A stretch of DNA of 50,677 bases. Source: a bacterium (GTDB lineage: Bacteria > Zhuqueibacterota > Zhuqueibacteria > Oceanimicrobiales > Oceanimicrobiaceae). Numbering within the stretch: the stretch's first letter is position 1; every line of letters begins with the position of its first letter. Below are positions 1 to 10,200 of the stretch, one piece after another. The DNA lies in contig JBHHXN010000018.1 in assembly GCA_046757025.1 (NCBI GenBank), forward strand, positions 1 through 50,677, given 5' to 3'. A model generated the notes under the pieces. The model saw nothing but the letters and a program-made list of their open reading frames with translations, ran no database searches and was not told the DNA's origin. The translations under genes were made by a program, and so were the position numbers.

Positions 1-149
1 AGAAACCGGGTGTTTTTGTCTGTAAAAATCTCCTGCGGCAGTAAGTCCAGCATCTGGTTGACCAAACCGGGCGGCGTAAAAACTTCGTCGCTGCTCAGAT
101 TTGCGAGACAGCTCAGGACATCAGGGTTATAATTCTGACCAAGAAACAT
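1..149 (-). CDS. 5' end of an Eco57I-like/type IIG restriction-modification methylase (runs off window edge)
   Basis: Not in ORF track. ATG at 149 reads MFLGQNYNPDVLSCLANLSSDEVFTPPGLVNQMLDLLPQEIFTDKNTRF; YNPDVLSCLANLSSDEVFTPP is a typical N-terminus (motif X leading to motif I) of this family; overlaps the end of the upstream MTase ORF. Confidence 0.8.
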   Translation of the reverse strand, partial: MFLGQNYNPDVLSCLANLSSDEVFTPPGLVNQMLDLLPQEIFTDKNTRF

Positions 150-789
150 CTGCAATCTCCAGGAAGTGGATCAGGGGGTATTCCTTTACCGGGGTGGGGA
201 TAAAAACATCCTCACCCAGATCCGAAAACATTGGCAATTCCTTCATGGACTCATGCTGTAGCAAACCATGAAATGTGAAATCTCGGCGCTTGAACATGCT
301 ACTATTGACCGGCGACCATTCTGAAAATACTATCGGCTCCGGGTTTTCGCCGACGGTTTTTAGTGTCAGCGCATCGCCCCAAACGATATTACATTGCAAG
401 ATATATTTGACGGCATTCCGGCATTTCTCTTTTGCTATAGCATTAAATAGCGCGGTGTATTTCTGGTCAAATATGTTGAAAAGCCGATTGCGGCAGGCCT
501 CCGCATTATCCTCCAGAATGTCGATACCATAAATGCTGGAAACAGCAAGCACGGCATAGCGCTCGAATTCCAACTGGCTCTTCTTGTACCGCCGTTCAAC
601 AACGTTCAATTTTCGTTCGAGTACCTCGGCCAGGAAATTGCCGGTACCACAAGCCGGCTCCAAAAAACGGGATTCAATGCGTTCCGTTTCCTGTTTAACC
701 AGATCGAGCATGGCGTTGACTTCCCGCTTGCGGGTATAGACCTCACCATGATTTGTTACGCGCTCTTTTGAGACAATATGTTCTTCCAT
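127..789 (-). CDS. SAM-dependent DNA methyltransferase-like protein (R-M associated)
   Basis: GEVYT (motif X), FLEPACGTGNFL (motif I), YGIDI, GDAL; no NPPY/DPPY motif IV visible. Confidence 0.85.
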   Translation of the reverse strand: MEEHIVSKERVTNHGEVYTRKREVNAMLDLVKQETERIESRFLEPACGTGNFLAEVLERKLNVVERRYKKSQLEFERYAVLAVSSIYGIDILEDNAEACRNRLFNIFDQKYTALFNAIAKEKCRNAVKYILQCNIVWGDALTLKTVGENPEPIVFSEWSPVNSSMFKRRDFTFHGLLQHESMKELPMFSDLGEDVFIPTPVKEYPLIHFLEIADVSWSEL

Positions 790-1232
790 TAAGTATGATT
801 CCGTCTTTTTATAGGCCTAACAAGTGATTGAACAGTTTCTAGTAAACATGCAATCTGTAAGCATCTGCAGAAACTGGATAACACCGCTTCTGCATTCCGC
901 TCGGCCGCAGACGCCGGGCGGAATTTTTGTTTGCATAACACCAATATATTTAATGTATTATCAAAAAACAATAAAATCATGGCCTCTTTTTAAATTAGTA
1001 TTTATCTTTTGAATGCTATGCGAACCTTCTGCTAAACATTCAAATAGGGATGTTATCCATCAGAGCCTGATTGGTAAGTTGTGAAAGAGATTCCAATTAA
1101 AATTCACGATTCCCGTGTTACGTTTTTGAAAAGCTAGGAAATTCCTTTACGGGAGATCTCGTTTCAACTCCCGTGTAATTACTAAAATAACCCATTTAAG
1201 GCTAAATGCAGATAAATAAGTTTCCTGAGAAT

Positions 1233-2651
1233 TCATGATTCCGTATTTGTGAGTGGCGGCAATCCGACAGGATGCATCCCCTGCACCTGCTTAGCTAACG
1301 CCAGCACCGTTTCCTCGCCCCGCGGCCGGCCAACGATCTGCAGACCCACAGGCAAGCCGTTTTCATCCAATCCACATGGGACGGACGCTACCGGCAGACT
1401 GGTCAGGCTCAGCAGAAACGTCGGCGCTATCCAGTCCACGTAGGTTTGCATCTTCTTGCCGGCCACGGTTCTGGGATAGTTTTCTTCCACCGGAAACGGC
1501 GGCACCGCCATGCACGGCGTCAACAGAAAATCGTATTTCTCGAAAAATGTATGGAATTTTTGCCAGACTTCTCGGCGGGTTTGTTCGGAAGCGGCCAGGT
1601 CCTGGATGGTTAATTTGAGACCAGCCTGGATATTGTCCCGGACGTTTTCACTCAGTTGCGATAATTTATCCAAATGGCGATGCAGTTTGGACACAAACCA
1701 GTAACCGCGAAAATCGAGAAAGGCTTTGCGGGCAAAGGCCAGGTCGAATGCGATTTCCTCCACCTGCGCGCCGACCTGCGAAATGTGCAGGGCCGCCTGC
1801 CGGCAGATTTTTGCGAGGCCCGCGTCGATGCCGATGCCAGCGATATCCGCACAGTAGGCCAGGTGCAATCCTTTGGGAATGCCGGCCTGCACCACGGCCA
1901 GAAAATCCCGCCCCAAAGTGCTCTGGCTTACCGGTGTCAGTGGGCTGTGTCCGCTCACGGCTTGCAGCATGAGCGCCACGTCCTCGGCGGTGCGGGCCAT
2001 GGGTCCGGAGACTTCCAGATAATCCCACAAGTAATCCGAAGGGTAGGTAGGAACCAGGCCGGGGGAAGGCCGAAGTCCGACCAGACCACAGAACGAGGCC
2101 GGAATGCGCAGAGAACCGCCCAGGTCGGTGCCTTCTGCCAGGGCGATCATACCCGTGGCTAACGCCGCTGCGCCGCCGCCGGTAGAGCCGCCAGCGCTTA
2201 AATTCGGATTCCAGGGATTGCGGGTGCGGCCAAACACTTCGTTGAAAGTGTTGCCGCCGGCCGTAAACTCCGGCGTGTTGGTCTTGCCGATGATGATGGC
2301 GCCGGCTTGTTTAAGCCGGCGGACGATCAGAGCGTCCTCGCTGGCAATATGGTCGGCAAATAGTTTCGAGCCAAAGGTGTTGTGCAGTCCAGCCACCGGC
2401 GTCACGTCTTTGATGCCCACAGGCAGTCCAAACAACAAGCCTTCGTTTTGATTGCGCGCGTGCAATTCATCGAGCTTTTTCGCCTGATTTAGAGCATGTT
2501 CATTTAATGTTACTACGGCGTTGATGGTATCGTTGTGTCGGTCGATTTGCTCCAGCGAAGCCTGGATGACTTCGGCCACGGACAGCGCTTTTTTGCCGAT
2601 GAGGTTGCGAAGCTCTGTGGCTGGTTTTAAGGCGATTTCTTGACTATGCAT
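1233..2651 (-). CDS. Amidase-signature family amidase
   Basis: GIKD, GKTNTPEF, GGSTGGGAAALA, GTDLGGSLRIPASFCG (Lys-cisSer-Ser triad), C-terminal GLPVGLQIVG. Confidence 0.93.
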   Translation of the reverse strand: MHSQEIALKPATELRNLIGKKALSVAEVIQASLEQIDRHNDTINAVVTLNEHALNQAKKLDELHARNQNEGLLFGLPVGIKDVTPVAGLHNTFGSKLFADHIASEDALIVRRLKQAGAIIIGKTNTPEFTAGGNTFNEVFGRTRNPWNPNLSAGGSTGGGAAALATGMIALAEGTDLGGSLRIPASFCGLVGLRPSPGLVPTYPSDYLWDYLEVSGPMARTAEDVALMLQAVSGHSPLTPVSQSTLGRDFLAVVQAGIPKGLHLAYCADIAGIGIDAGLAKICRQAALHISQVGAQVEEIAFDLAFARKAFLDFRGYWFVSKLHRHLDKLSQLSENVRDNIQAGLKLTIQDLAASEQTRREVWQKFHTFFEKYDFLLTPCMAVPPFPVEENYPRTVAGKKMQTYVDWIAPTFLLSLTSLPVASVPCGLDENGLPVGLQIVGRPRGEETVLALAKQVQGMHPVGLPPLTNTES

Positions 2652-2865
2652 TTAATTCCATTATTGTAACGCAAAGAACGCAGGTAAATTATCAGATTCG
2701 AGTAATACTGCTGTGTAAGCGGGGCAACCATTCGTTTCCAAATAAAAATTGCGAACGAGATCGAGGGACTCCCCACGGTTAGTGAGGTTTGACAGTTTCG
2801 CAAAGCACAATTGTCATGGTTGCCTTTCGAACCCTTTGCGGTCCTGGCGGTTTTGTGGTAAAAAC

Positions 2866-4086
2866 TCAAATGATTCCTTTTAATTTTATCTGTTCGATCT
2901 CACTTTTGGAATATCCTAATTCAGTTAAAATTTCTGCTGTATGCTCACCCAGCATCGGCGGTGGGTAGCGATAGCTTACCGGCGTATGGCTGAATTTCAT
3001 AGGATTGCCCAGCATGCGCAGCGCACCCAGCGCCGGGTGCTCGAGCCCAATTATCATATCGCGAGCCAGCAGATGCTCGTTGTTTAAGCTGTCTTCGGGT
3101 TTGTAAATGGGCGCGGAAGGAATGCTGGCCGATTTCAGCTTTTCCAACCAGAAAGTGGATTTCTTTTGTTTGAATATTTCGGTCAGAATGGGAATGAGTG
3201 CGGTTCGATTTGCCAGGCGATCGGAATTGTTTTTAAAGCGTGGATCGTCGGCTAATTCAGAACAATTGAGGAGGTTAGTCAGGCGCTGCCACAGCCTCTC
3301 ATTGCCCGCCGCCACAATTATCCAGTCGTCGGCAGTTGGAAACGGCTGGTAGGGTACGATAGAAACGTGCGCGTTGCCGAGTTTTTTAGCCGGCTCGCCG
3401 GCCGCCAGATAATTGCTGGCCAGGTTGGAAAGCCAAGTAACCTGCGAATCCAGCAGCGCCGTGTCGATGGCCTGACCTTTGCCGGTGCGTTCCCGTGCAA
3501 ACAGCGCGGCGATGACCGCCATGGCCGTGTACATGCCGGCCGTGAGATCCGCGATGGGCGTGGGGAAGCGCGTTGGCTGGCTTCCCGGCTCGCCGGTGAT
3601 GTACATGGTGCCGCTCATGCCCTGGGCGATGATGTCGTAGCCCGGCTGTTCCGCAAGCGGGCCGGTATTGCCGAATCCGGAGATACTGGCCCAAATAAGT
3701 CTGGGATTGGTTTTCAGGCAGCTTTTTTCGTCCAGCCCCAGTTTTTGGCGGGTGGCGGCACGCGGCACGTTGTGAATCAGCACATCGGATTTTTTTAGAA
3801 GACGGCGCAGAATTTCGCGGCCGCCCTCACTACTCAAGTCCAGAGTCATGCCGCGCTTGTTGCGATTGGTGCCGAGAAAATAAGCGCTTTCGCTACCCAC
3901 AAACGGCGGTCCCCAGCCGCGCGCCTGGTCGCCGCCATCCGGCCGCTCGATTTTGATGACCTCCGCGCCCAAATCGCCTAAAAGTTGCGTGCAATATGGC
4001 CCAGCCAAGGCCGTTGTGTGGTCCAGCACCTGAATGCCGGTGAGTGGACCAAACCTGACGGAGGCGTTTGTTTTTTGTGGATTCAT
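2866..4086 (-). CDS. CaiB/BaiF family (class III) CoA-transferase
   Basis: LAGPYCTQLLGDLGAEVIKIE, NRNKRG, ISGFG, GYDIIAQ, PPMLGEHT. Confidence 0.93.
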   Translation of the reverse strand: MNPQKTNASVRFGPLTGIQVLDHTTALAGPYCTQLLGDLGAEVIKIERPDGGDQARGWGPPFVGSESAYFLGTNRNKRGMTLDLSSEGGREILRRLLKKSDVLIHNVPRAATRQKLGLDEKSCLKTNPRLIWASISGFGNTGPLAEQPGYDIIAQGMSGTMYITGEPGSQPTRFPTPIADLTAGMYTAMAVIAALFARERTGKGQAIDTALLDSQVTWLSNLASNYLAAGEPAKKLGNAHVSIVPYQPFPTADDWIIVAAGNERLWQRLTNLLNCSELADDPRFKNNSDRLANRTALIPILTEIFKQKKSTFWLEKLKSASIPSAPIYKPEDSLNNEHLLARDMIIGLEHPALGALRMLGNPMKFSHTPVSYRYPPPMLGEHTAEILTELGYSKSEIEQIKLKGII

Positions 4087-4092
4087 CGAAAA

Positions 4093-4878
4093 TCAATCTG
4101 CCAAGAAAGCCACGACTCGGCAGAACGCCGCTTCCCCGCCTTTGAATTTCCACGGGAATACCCCGAGTGTGGTACGTTTATTTTGCAGCTCCGGAGCCGA
4201 AATCTCGCCACCGAGATTTTCAACGTGCAGGCAATTGTCGGGAAACAACCCGTTGTGCGTGAGCTGGTAGGCGTCGTCCGGAAACAACTCCTTCATCTTT
4301 TCTTTTCCAAATTTGGCTTCGCATTTGGCCTGCACGCGGTCGCAGTGTCCGTGCATGCCTTTCCCCAGAAATCTGCCTATGGGGAGGTTCATGGGATGAT
4401 CCGTGGAGACCTCGTCCACACCCCAGATGTGAATTTTCTTCTTGAGCAACCAAGGCACCATATCCGGATGGGCGCCGGGGTGAAAGTGAATGTATTTTTC
4501 CTCGTCGGGTTCAGAGCCGAATTGCGCGTACTTATGCCAGCCGGTGTGTAGCAGCAGAATATCCCCTTCGCGCACCTCCACGCGCTTCTCGATCATTTTA
4601 GGCGAATAGGCGGCCAGCTCATCCATTTCATCCGTCAAATCAACGATGACCCCAGGACCGTAAAGCCACTCGAGTGGAATCTCATCGATGGTCATGCCGT
4701 TGGTCACAAAATGACGCGCAGAATCCAGATGGGTACCCATGTGGTTCGAGGTTTGTATATACTGGGCATTAACGCCATGTTCGGCTTTGCGTTTGATATA
4801 TTTCACTTCAAAAGGTGGATAGTACGGCCAGAACGGCGCATCCTGATTTAAAGGTTGAGATAGATCGTAAAGTTTCAT
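4093..4878 (-). CDS. Cyclase family metal-dependent hydrolase (kynurenine formamidase/isatin hydrolase-like)
   Basis: DLSQPL N-terminus, HMGTHLD metal motif, GDILLLHTGW, GVD, HVENL; GGAGG RBS. Confidence 0.9.
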   Translation of the reverse strand: MKLYDLSQPLNQDAPFWPYYPPFEVKYIKRKAEHGVNAQYIQTSNHMGTHLDSARHFVTNGMTIDEIPLEWLYGPGVIVDLTDEMDELAAYSPKMIEKRVEVREGDILLLHTGWHKYAQFGSEPDEEKYIHFHPGAHPDMVPWLLKKKIHIWGVDEVSTDHPMNLPIGRFLGKGMHGHCDRVQAKCEAKFGKEKMKELFPDDAYQLTHNGLFPDNCLHVENLGGEISAPELQNKRTTLGVFPWKFKGGEAAFCRVVAFLAD

Positions 4879-5164
4879 TTTTCCTCCTAATGATTATTTG
4901 AGTAGTGTCAAAAGTTTTATCATAAGATTTTATGAATGATTTAATGAATAATGGCTTATCAAACCTTCCCGTTGTGGAGCTATTAAAAAAAGTATCAGAC
5001 CTGCGTTAACTGACGAAAATCCCGATTCCATATTTTAATTGAAATACAGAAAATCGAGATGGAGATGTTTCGAATTAATGGTTCTGTAATGCTCATGGAT
5101 TCACCTGCATGTATTGTCCATTGCAGGGTTGCCGATCGGGTCGTTTACCTCCTCGTTGCGGTCC

Positions 5165-6268
5165 TCATTTGAGTTTAAAAATGACAGGTATAGCTACCCA
5201 TACCTTCACAGGTTTATCTTTTTGAAGGGCCGGTTTCCACTTTACGCTTTTGATTGCATTAACTGCCGCATTGTCACAGCCTGAATGACCCAGCGATTTT
5301 TGAATTTCAGTTTTTACAACTTCACCTGTTTCCGATACCAATACCATCACGATTACTCGCCCTTCAATTCCAGCTATTCGGGCGATTTCCGGATATTTTA
5401 ATGCTCTTTGAATTGCTCTAAATCCACCTATAGGGGACGGGGGTTCGTCAAAGGCGATAAAATGGATTTCATCTACCTCCTCGGGTGGTGGTGGCGGCGG
5501 CGGAATATCAGATAACTCAGGATCGGGGGCTACAATTTTCAAGTCCTTAGGAATCGCTTCTTCTTTCTTATGGCTTGGGGAAGAAGGATGAACTTTTTGG
5601 TCTATTTTAGTGAGCAACACTTCTTCTTTTTCATTTGAAGTAATGCTATACAAATTGCCACTAAGAGTAAATTTTGGCTCTTCTCCTAAGCGTAATGTTT
5701 CTGCATTTTGTTTATCATACTTTTCTTTGATTTTTTCCCTCTGCTCAAAAGCATATTTGACAAGTTGACCGGCTTGATCTCCATATCCGTGTTTGGTGAT
5801 GCGGATTACGTCTTCTTCTGAAAATCTACTGCTAAAAAGCGACTTGCCGACACCAACTGGTGTTGTAACCATGAACGAACCGTCCTCTTTGAGCTTAATG
5901 AAGTTTGTTTTTTTTCGCTTTAATTCTTCTAACCTGATTTCGCGCAATGCCGCTTCAACGATTTTCTTGTCATTTGGAACCTGATTCTCTTTTCTCACGA
6001 TTACGAGCAAGACGACACTTTTTCCCAGGTGAACACCATTTTCATCAATTGCTTTAATATCCTCGCCATTAATTATTATGTAACTCAGAGTATATTCTAT
6101 GACTGAACCGTGCTGAGATTTTTGAATATTTCCTTTTAAGAGGACGTTCGATTTTATTTCTCCATGCACAATCTGACCATTCTTTTTCTTTATGGAGCCG
6201 GGAAATAAAAAGCTGACTGCAGAAACACAGAATAGAATTACTAATGATATAAATACTGATTTTTTCAT
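5165..6268 (-). CDS. TonB C-terminal domain protein with N-terminal anchor and unassigned middle region
   Basis: Hydrophobic N-terminus, PPPPPPP linker, YPEIARIAGIEGRVIV...WKPALQKDKPVKVWVAIPVIFKL; GGAGG RBS; AT-rich. Confidence 0.85.
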   Translation of the reverse strand: MKKSVFISLVILFCVSAVSFLFPGSIKKKNGQIVHGEIKSNVLLKGNIQKSQHGSVIEYTLSYIIINGEDIKAIDENGVHLGKSVVLLVIVRKENQVPNDKKIVEAALREIRLEELKRKKTNFIKLKEDGSFMVTTPVGVGKSLFSSRFSEEDVIRITKHGYGDQAGQLVKYAFEQREKIKEKYDKQNAETLRLGEEPKFTLSGNLYSITSNEKEEVLLTKIDQKVHPSSPSHKKEEAIPKDLKIVAPDPELSDIPPPPPPPEEVDEIHFIAFDEPPSPIGGFRAIQRALKYPEIARIAGIEGRVIVMVLVSETGEVVKTEIQKSLGHSGCDNAAVNAIKSVKWKPALQKDKPVKVWVAIPVIFKLK

Positions 6269-6356
6269 GATTGCAGCCTCCCTTTATTAAAATGTGAATC
6301 ATTCGTTTACATTCAAATTAGTATATTATTTTTAAATGATTTTAGCAATCTAAATA

Positions 6357-6510
6357 GTGCTTGATCGTAAAGTCCATTTTTTTCACCCAGAGTCCTTCGA
6401 CAAACTCTAAATAGACTTCATCGAATGGTGATAAGCTGTTGTTTTTATTTCATGCTTTCCCGAATTTACTTCGGGACTCAGCATGAAGACGCTGCTTTTC
6501 GGTCAATCAC
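6357..6510. mobile_element. MITE-like element with internal palindromes
   Basis: Imperfect terminal IRs GTGCTTGATCGTAAAG / CTTTTCGGTCAATCAC flanked by TAAATA direct repeats (6351-6356, 6511-6516); internal CCTTCGACAAACTC and TTTCATGC...GCATGAA hairpins. Confidence 0.55.
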
Positions 6511-6538
6511 TAAATAAGAGTTTTGAAAGAGTAAAACA

Positions 6539-7096
6539 TTAGCAACGGTTTTTTGCTGCAGCCCATTCATCTGCCAGCATTCCATAGATGACGTTGTCAA
6601 CGTACTTTTCATATAATCGCTCGGCCCCTCGCACGGTGCCTTCATTTTTAAATCCCAATCGTTCTGGAATACGACGACTTTTGGAGTTTTCAACCGCGCA
6701 ACGAATCTCAACTCGGTGAAGTTTGAGCTCAAAAAAGGCATGATTCAGGAGTGCCTGACAAGACTGCGTCACAATGCCGTTGCCTTGTAAATTTTTAGCT
6801 AACCAGTAACCAAGTGAGGTTGCCAAGTTTGGCCAATCGATGCAATGAAAACCGATCGCGCCCGCCAATTTCTCCTGATACCAGATGCCGGCCTGGAAAC
6901 CGTTGTTTAACGCAAATTGCTGCAGTGCGGATCGAATAAAAGCCAGAGTATCCTCCACAGATTTGGTAGAATCAAGCCACGGCAGCCATTCCCTCAGGTA
7001 AGCGCGGTTACAATCTGTTAAAGAAAACAACTGCTCAGCGTGACGCGTTTCTAGAATTCTTAAGTTAATATCAGAATTTATTTTACAGCTAAACAT
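6539..7096 (-). CDS. GNAT N-acetyltransferase, RimJ/RimL (YdaF-like) family
   Basis: LREWLPW, LGYWL...QGNGI, LHRVEIRC...NSKSRRIPERLGFKNEG; ATG at 7096 preferred over TTG at 7153. Confidence 0.9.
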   Translation of the reverse strand: MFSCKINSDINLRILETRHAEQLFSLTDCNRAYLREWLPWLDSTKSVEDTLAFIRSALQQFALNNGFQAGIWYQEKLAGAIGFHCIDWPNLATSLGYWLAKNLQGNGIVTQSCQALLNHAFFELKLHRVEIRCAVENSKSRRIPERLGFKNEGTVRGAERLYEKYVDNVIYGMLADEWAAAKNRC

Positions 7097-7250
7097 TCTG
7101 CCAGCCCTGTTACAATTCAAGTGCTGAAAAAAATATCCATCAGCTTCATTCAATTTGAAAGTACTACTATCCCTAAAACAAGGAATTGAACAAATCAGCT
7201 CACTTGCTTGCCATTTTAATTTGAAGATGAATTGCCGCCTTCACCATTTG

Positions 7251-10200
7251 TCAATTTTGATAATCAAAAGCTTTATTTGGATAGGGCGGCGGTTGTGGCA
7301 CCGCTACCGGATCCTCTTTTATTTTTTCCTGTAAAAATTTAATCGCTGCCTCCAACTGCGCATCCTGACCTTGGAAGGTTGCGTGCGGCAGATTATCGAC
7401 TTCGATGTCGGGCTCCACGCCATGCCCTTCAATCAACCATGCACCCTCCGGACCATAAACGCCGGTTTGCGGTACCCGAGCAATGCCGCGGTCCACCAGC
7501 CAGGTGTTGTTTGACAACCAGATTTCACCGCCCCAGGTGCGCGTCCCGATGACTTTTCCCAGACCCAAACGGCGAAATCCTTCCGCAAAGGCTTCACCAT
7601 CCGAAGCGGTGCGTTCATTACAAAGCACCACGATATGTCCGCGAAAAGCATATTGCATATTCCAATAGGGTTTGCCGACGCGCGGTTTCCAGTAAAACCA
7701 GGCTTTGCGTAGCAGTTTTTCCAGAATCCAACTGTCGATGTTGCCGCCGCGGTTGTGGCGTACATCGATGATCAACCCTTTACGATTGTAAACCGGATAA
7801 AAATTTCGCACCCACTCGGAGTAATTGTTGCCGCCCATAGCGCGCAAATGTACGTAGCCGATTTCCCCCTCGCCCAGCTTTTCAACCTGGAGTCTGCGCG
7901 TATATTCCCATTCATCGTATCTGAGATTGTATTCCGATCGTTGAGAAATCGGTGCCACGATCGCATCGGTGATTTTACCAGTTTGAGATGATTTTATGCG
8001 CAACAAAACCTGCTCACCCGCTTGATTGTTTAAAAGCACATTGGGATGTTCCACCGACAGGGTGGGAACGCCGTTGATGGCCAGTATCACATCCCCCTCC
8101 TGAATGTTGAGGTCGGGTCGAGCCAGCGGAGCAAACCGGTCGAGGTAGTCGGGTTCGGTCTGGTAAATATGGTCGATTCGATAGCCACCGGCTTGATCAT
8201 CTCTTGCAAGAACCGCTCCCAGAGAAGCCGGTCGGATGTGATCGGCCCCGCGTCGTTGTTCGCCACCGCGCACGTTCATGTGCAGAGCGGAGAGCTCCCC
8301 CACAATTTGTGAAATAAGATCGTTCAATTCACTGCGGTCTGCTACACGCTCAACCAGGGGTAAATGCTTTTTGAGCAAGCCGTCCCAATCCACTCCATGC
8401 AGATTGGGATCGTAAAAATAATCGCGTTCCATGCGCCAGGCGTCGACAAACATTTGCCGCCATTCCTCTTTGGGATTGACTAAAAAGGTCCAGTTTTTAA
8501 GATCGACTTGCTTTTTTTCCAACTTTGCCGGGGCAGATGCGTTTGCATCTATGACATAGAAATCATTTTCTTTATGAATCATGATATTTTTACCGTCGAG
8601 CGAAAGCTCATACCTTTTGATATTTTCAACCAGAGTTTTTGGTTTTGGCGCCGGGTTGTCGATCTCCAATGTGAGCAAGTTTTGTTTTCGATCCACCGTA
8701 TTTTCAACCTCAATAAAAAACAATTTCTTGTCATTCACTGACAGTCCGTAATAATTCCCCGCCCGTACCGGCACTTCCATCACCCTGCTTTGGATTCCTT
8801 CTAGGTTGAGATTGACCGCAATGTTTTTTGCGGATTCACGGTCTTCAGATTTTTGTTGACTGGAAGAAGATGCTTTTTCTGTTTGGGTATTATCTGCGGT
8901 TGAGAGCTCGTCATCGGGTTGAAACGGCGAGCGCTGTTTTTTGGCTAGAGCGACTATATAAATTTTGGTGGTTTTATCGTAAAAGGGCTCAGGCTGTCGT
9001 GGTCCCCAGGGACTACCCACTACGGAACGAAAATGGCGATCCGAAAGAAAGTACAACCATTCTCCGTTCGGACTCCAGGCGGGGCTGTAACTATCTACTC
9101 GATCGCTGGTTAAAAAGGTGGTTCTGCCGGTGGCGATGTGGTATAAGGAAATTTGTGTGTGGTCATTTGCTGCGACGGATCCAAACGCCAGCCACTGGCT
9201 GTCTGGAGACCAGCTCAGGTCGGAAAAGTTTCCCCAGGCTACATCCGAAACCGCGATGCGTTTCTGTTTTCTTTCCGACATATTATACAGCCATAACTGT
9301 TGATTGCGATCGGTGTAGGCAAACCATTTTCCATCAGGTGACGGTAAGGCGGCATTACGAAATATTTTGCCGTCTTGTGTCAGATTAAGGGGAGGGCCGA
9401 CGCCGTTTGCGGGTAATTTCCAGAATTCAAATTCGCCGGTTTCATCCGAAAGCAGCAAGAGGGATTTCCCGTCCGGCAGAAAGGTGGCGTTTCTGAAACG
9501 CACGCCCTGTTTGCGTGTCGCCTCCACCAATCTTCCTTCTTTCACCGGCGCTACAAACACCCGGCCGCGGGCGGTTAACGCAATTTTGTCACCATCAGGT
9601 GAAAAACGGACACTGGTTAAATAGTCCATGGGTTTTTGCACCCAATTGCTGGCCGTTTGCTCAAAATCGGTGGTTAAATAGATCTTTAATAATTGGTCGC
9701 GATCAGCCGCAATGTCGTAAAGATAAAGGTCGGCGCCCGACTGATACACCACTTTACCCCCATACAGGTCGGGCGATTGGATATCCCAGCCTTTGTGAAA
9801 AGTGTGCTGTTTTAAGTCTTGTCCATCTTCGTTCATGGACCAGAGATTCATGGTGCCGTCTCGATCACTGGCAAAATAGATGCGATGCTCCCACCACATG
9901 GGGGCTTTACTGGTTCCCGGGTAGTCTTTCGTCAGCGGTACGGCTTCTGGGCTTCCCTCTGTGAATTTCCACAGATTTTGCACGGTGCCGCCTTTATAGC
10001 GCTTGGTGCGGCTGCCCTGAAAGGGTAAGCGCGTGAAAAACAACGTTTTCTGTGTAGGTTCGTAAACGCCGTCGCTGGCCTGGCTGAGGGGTACCAGATG
10101 GAGTTGGAGAGTTTTCGGATTCAGAATGGCCAGTTGTGAATTGGGCAGCGTGGAATAATGCCGGGTGGTGTAAAGGATTTTCCCGTCGGGCGTCCAGCCG

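Noticed and set aside
895..931. GC-rich hairpin followed by a T-tract on the + strand
   Set aside because: Terminator-like, but no credible + strand gene lies upstream; more likely a repeat remnant
2668..2853. AACGCAAAGAACGC...CTTTGCGGTCCTGGCGG short inverted motifs and the 80-aa ORF 2627-2869
   Set aside because: Low-complexity intergenic repeat remnants; the ORF has no recognisable features
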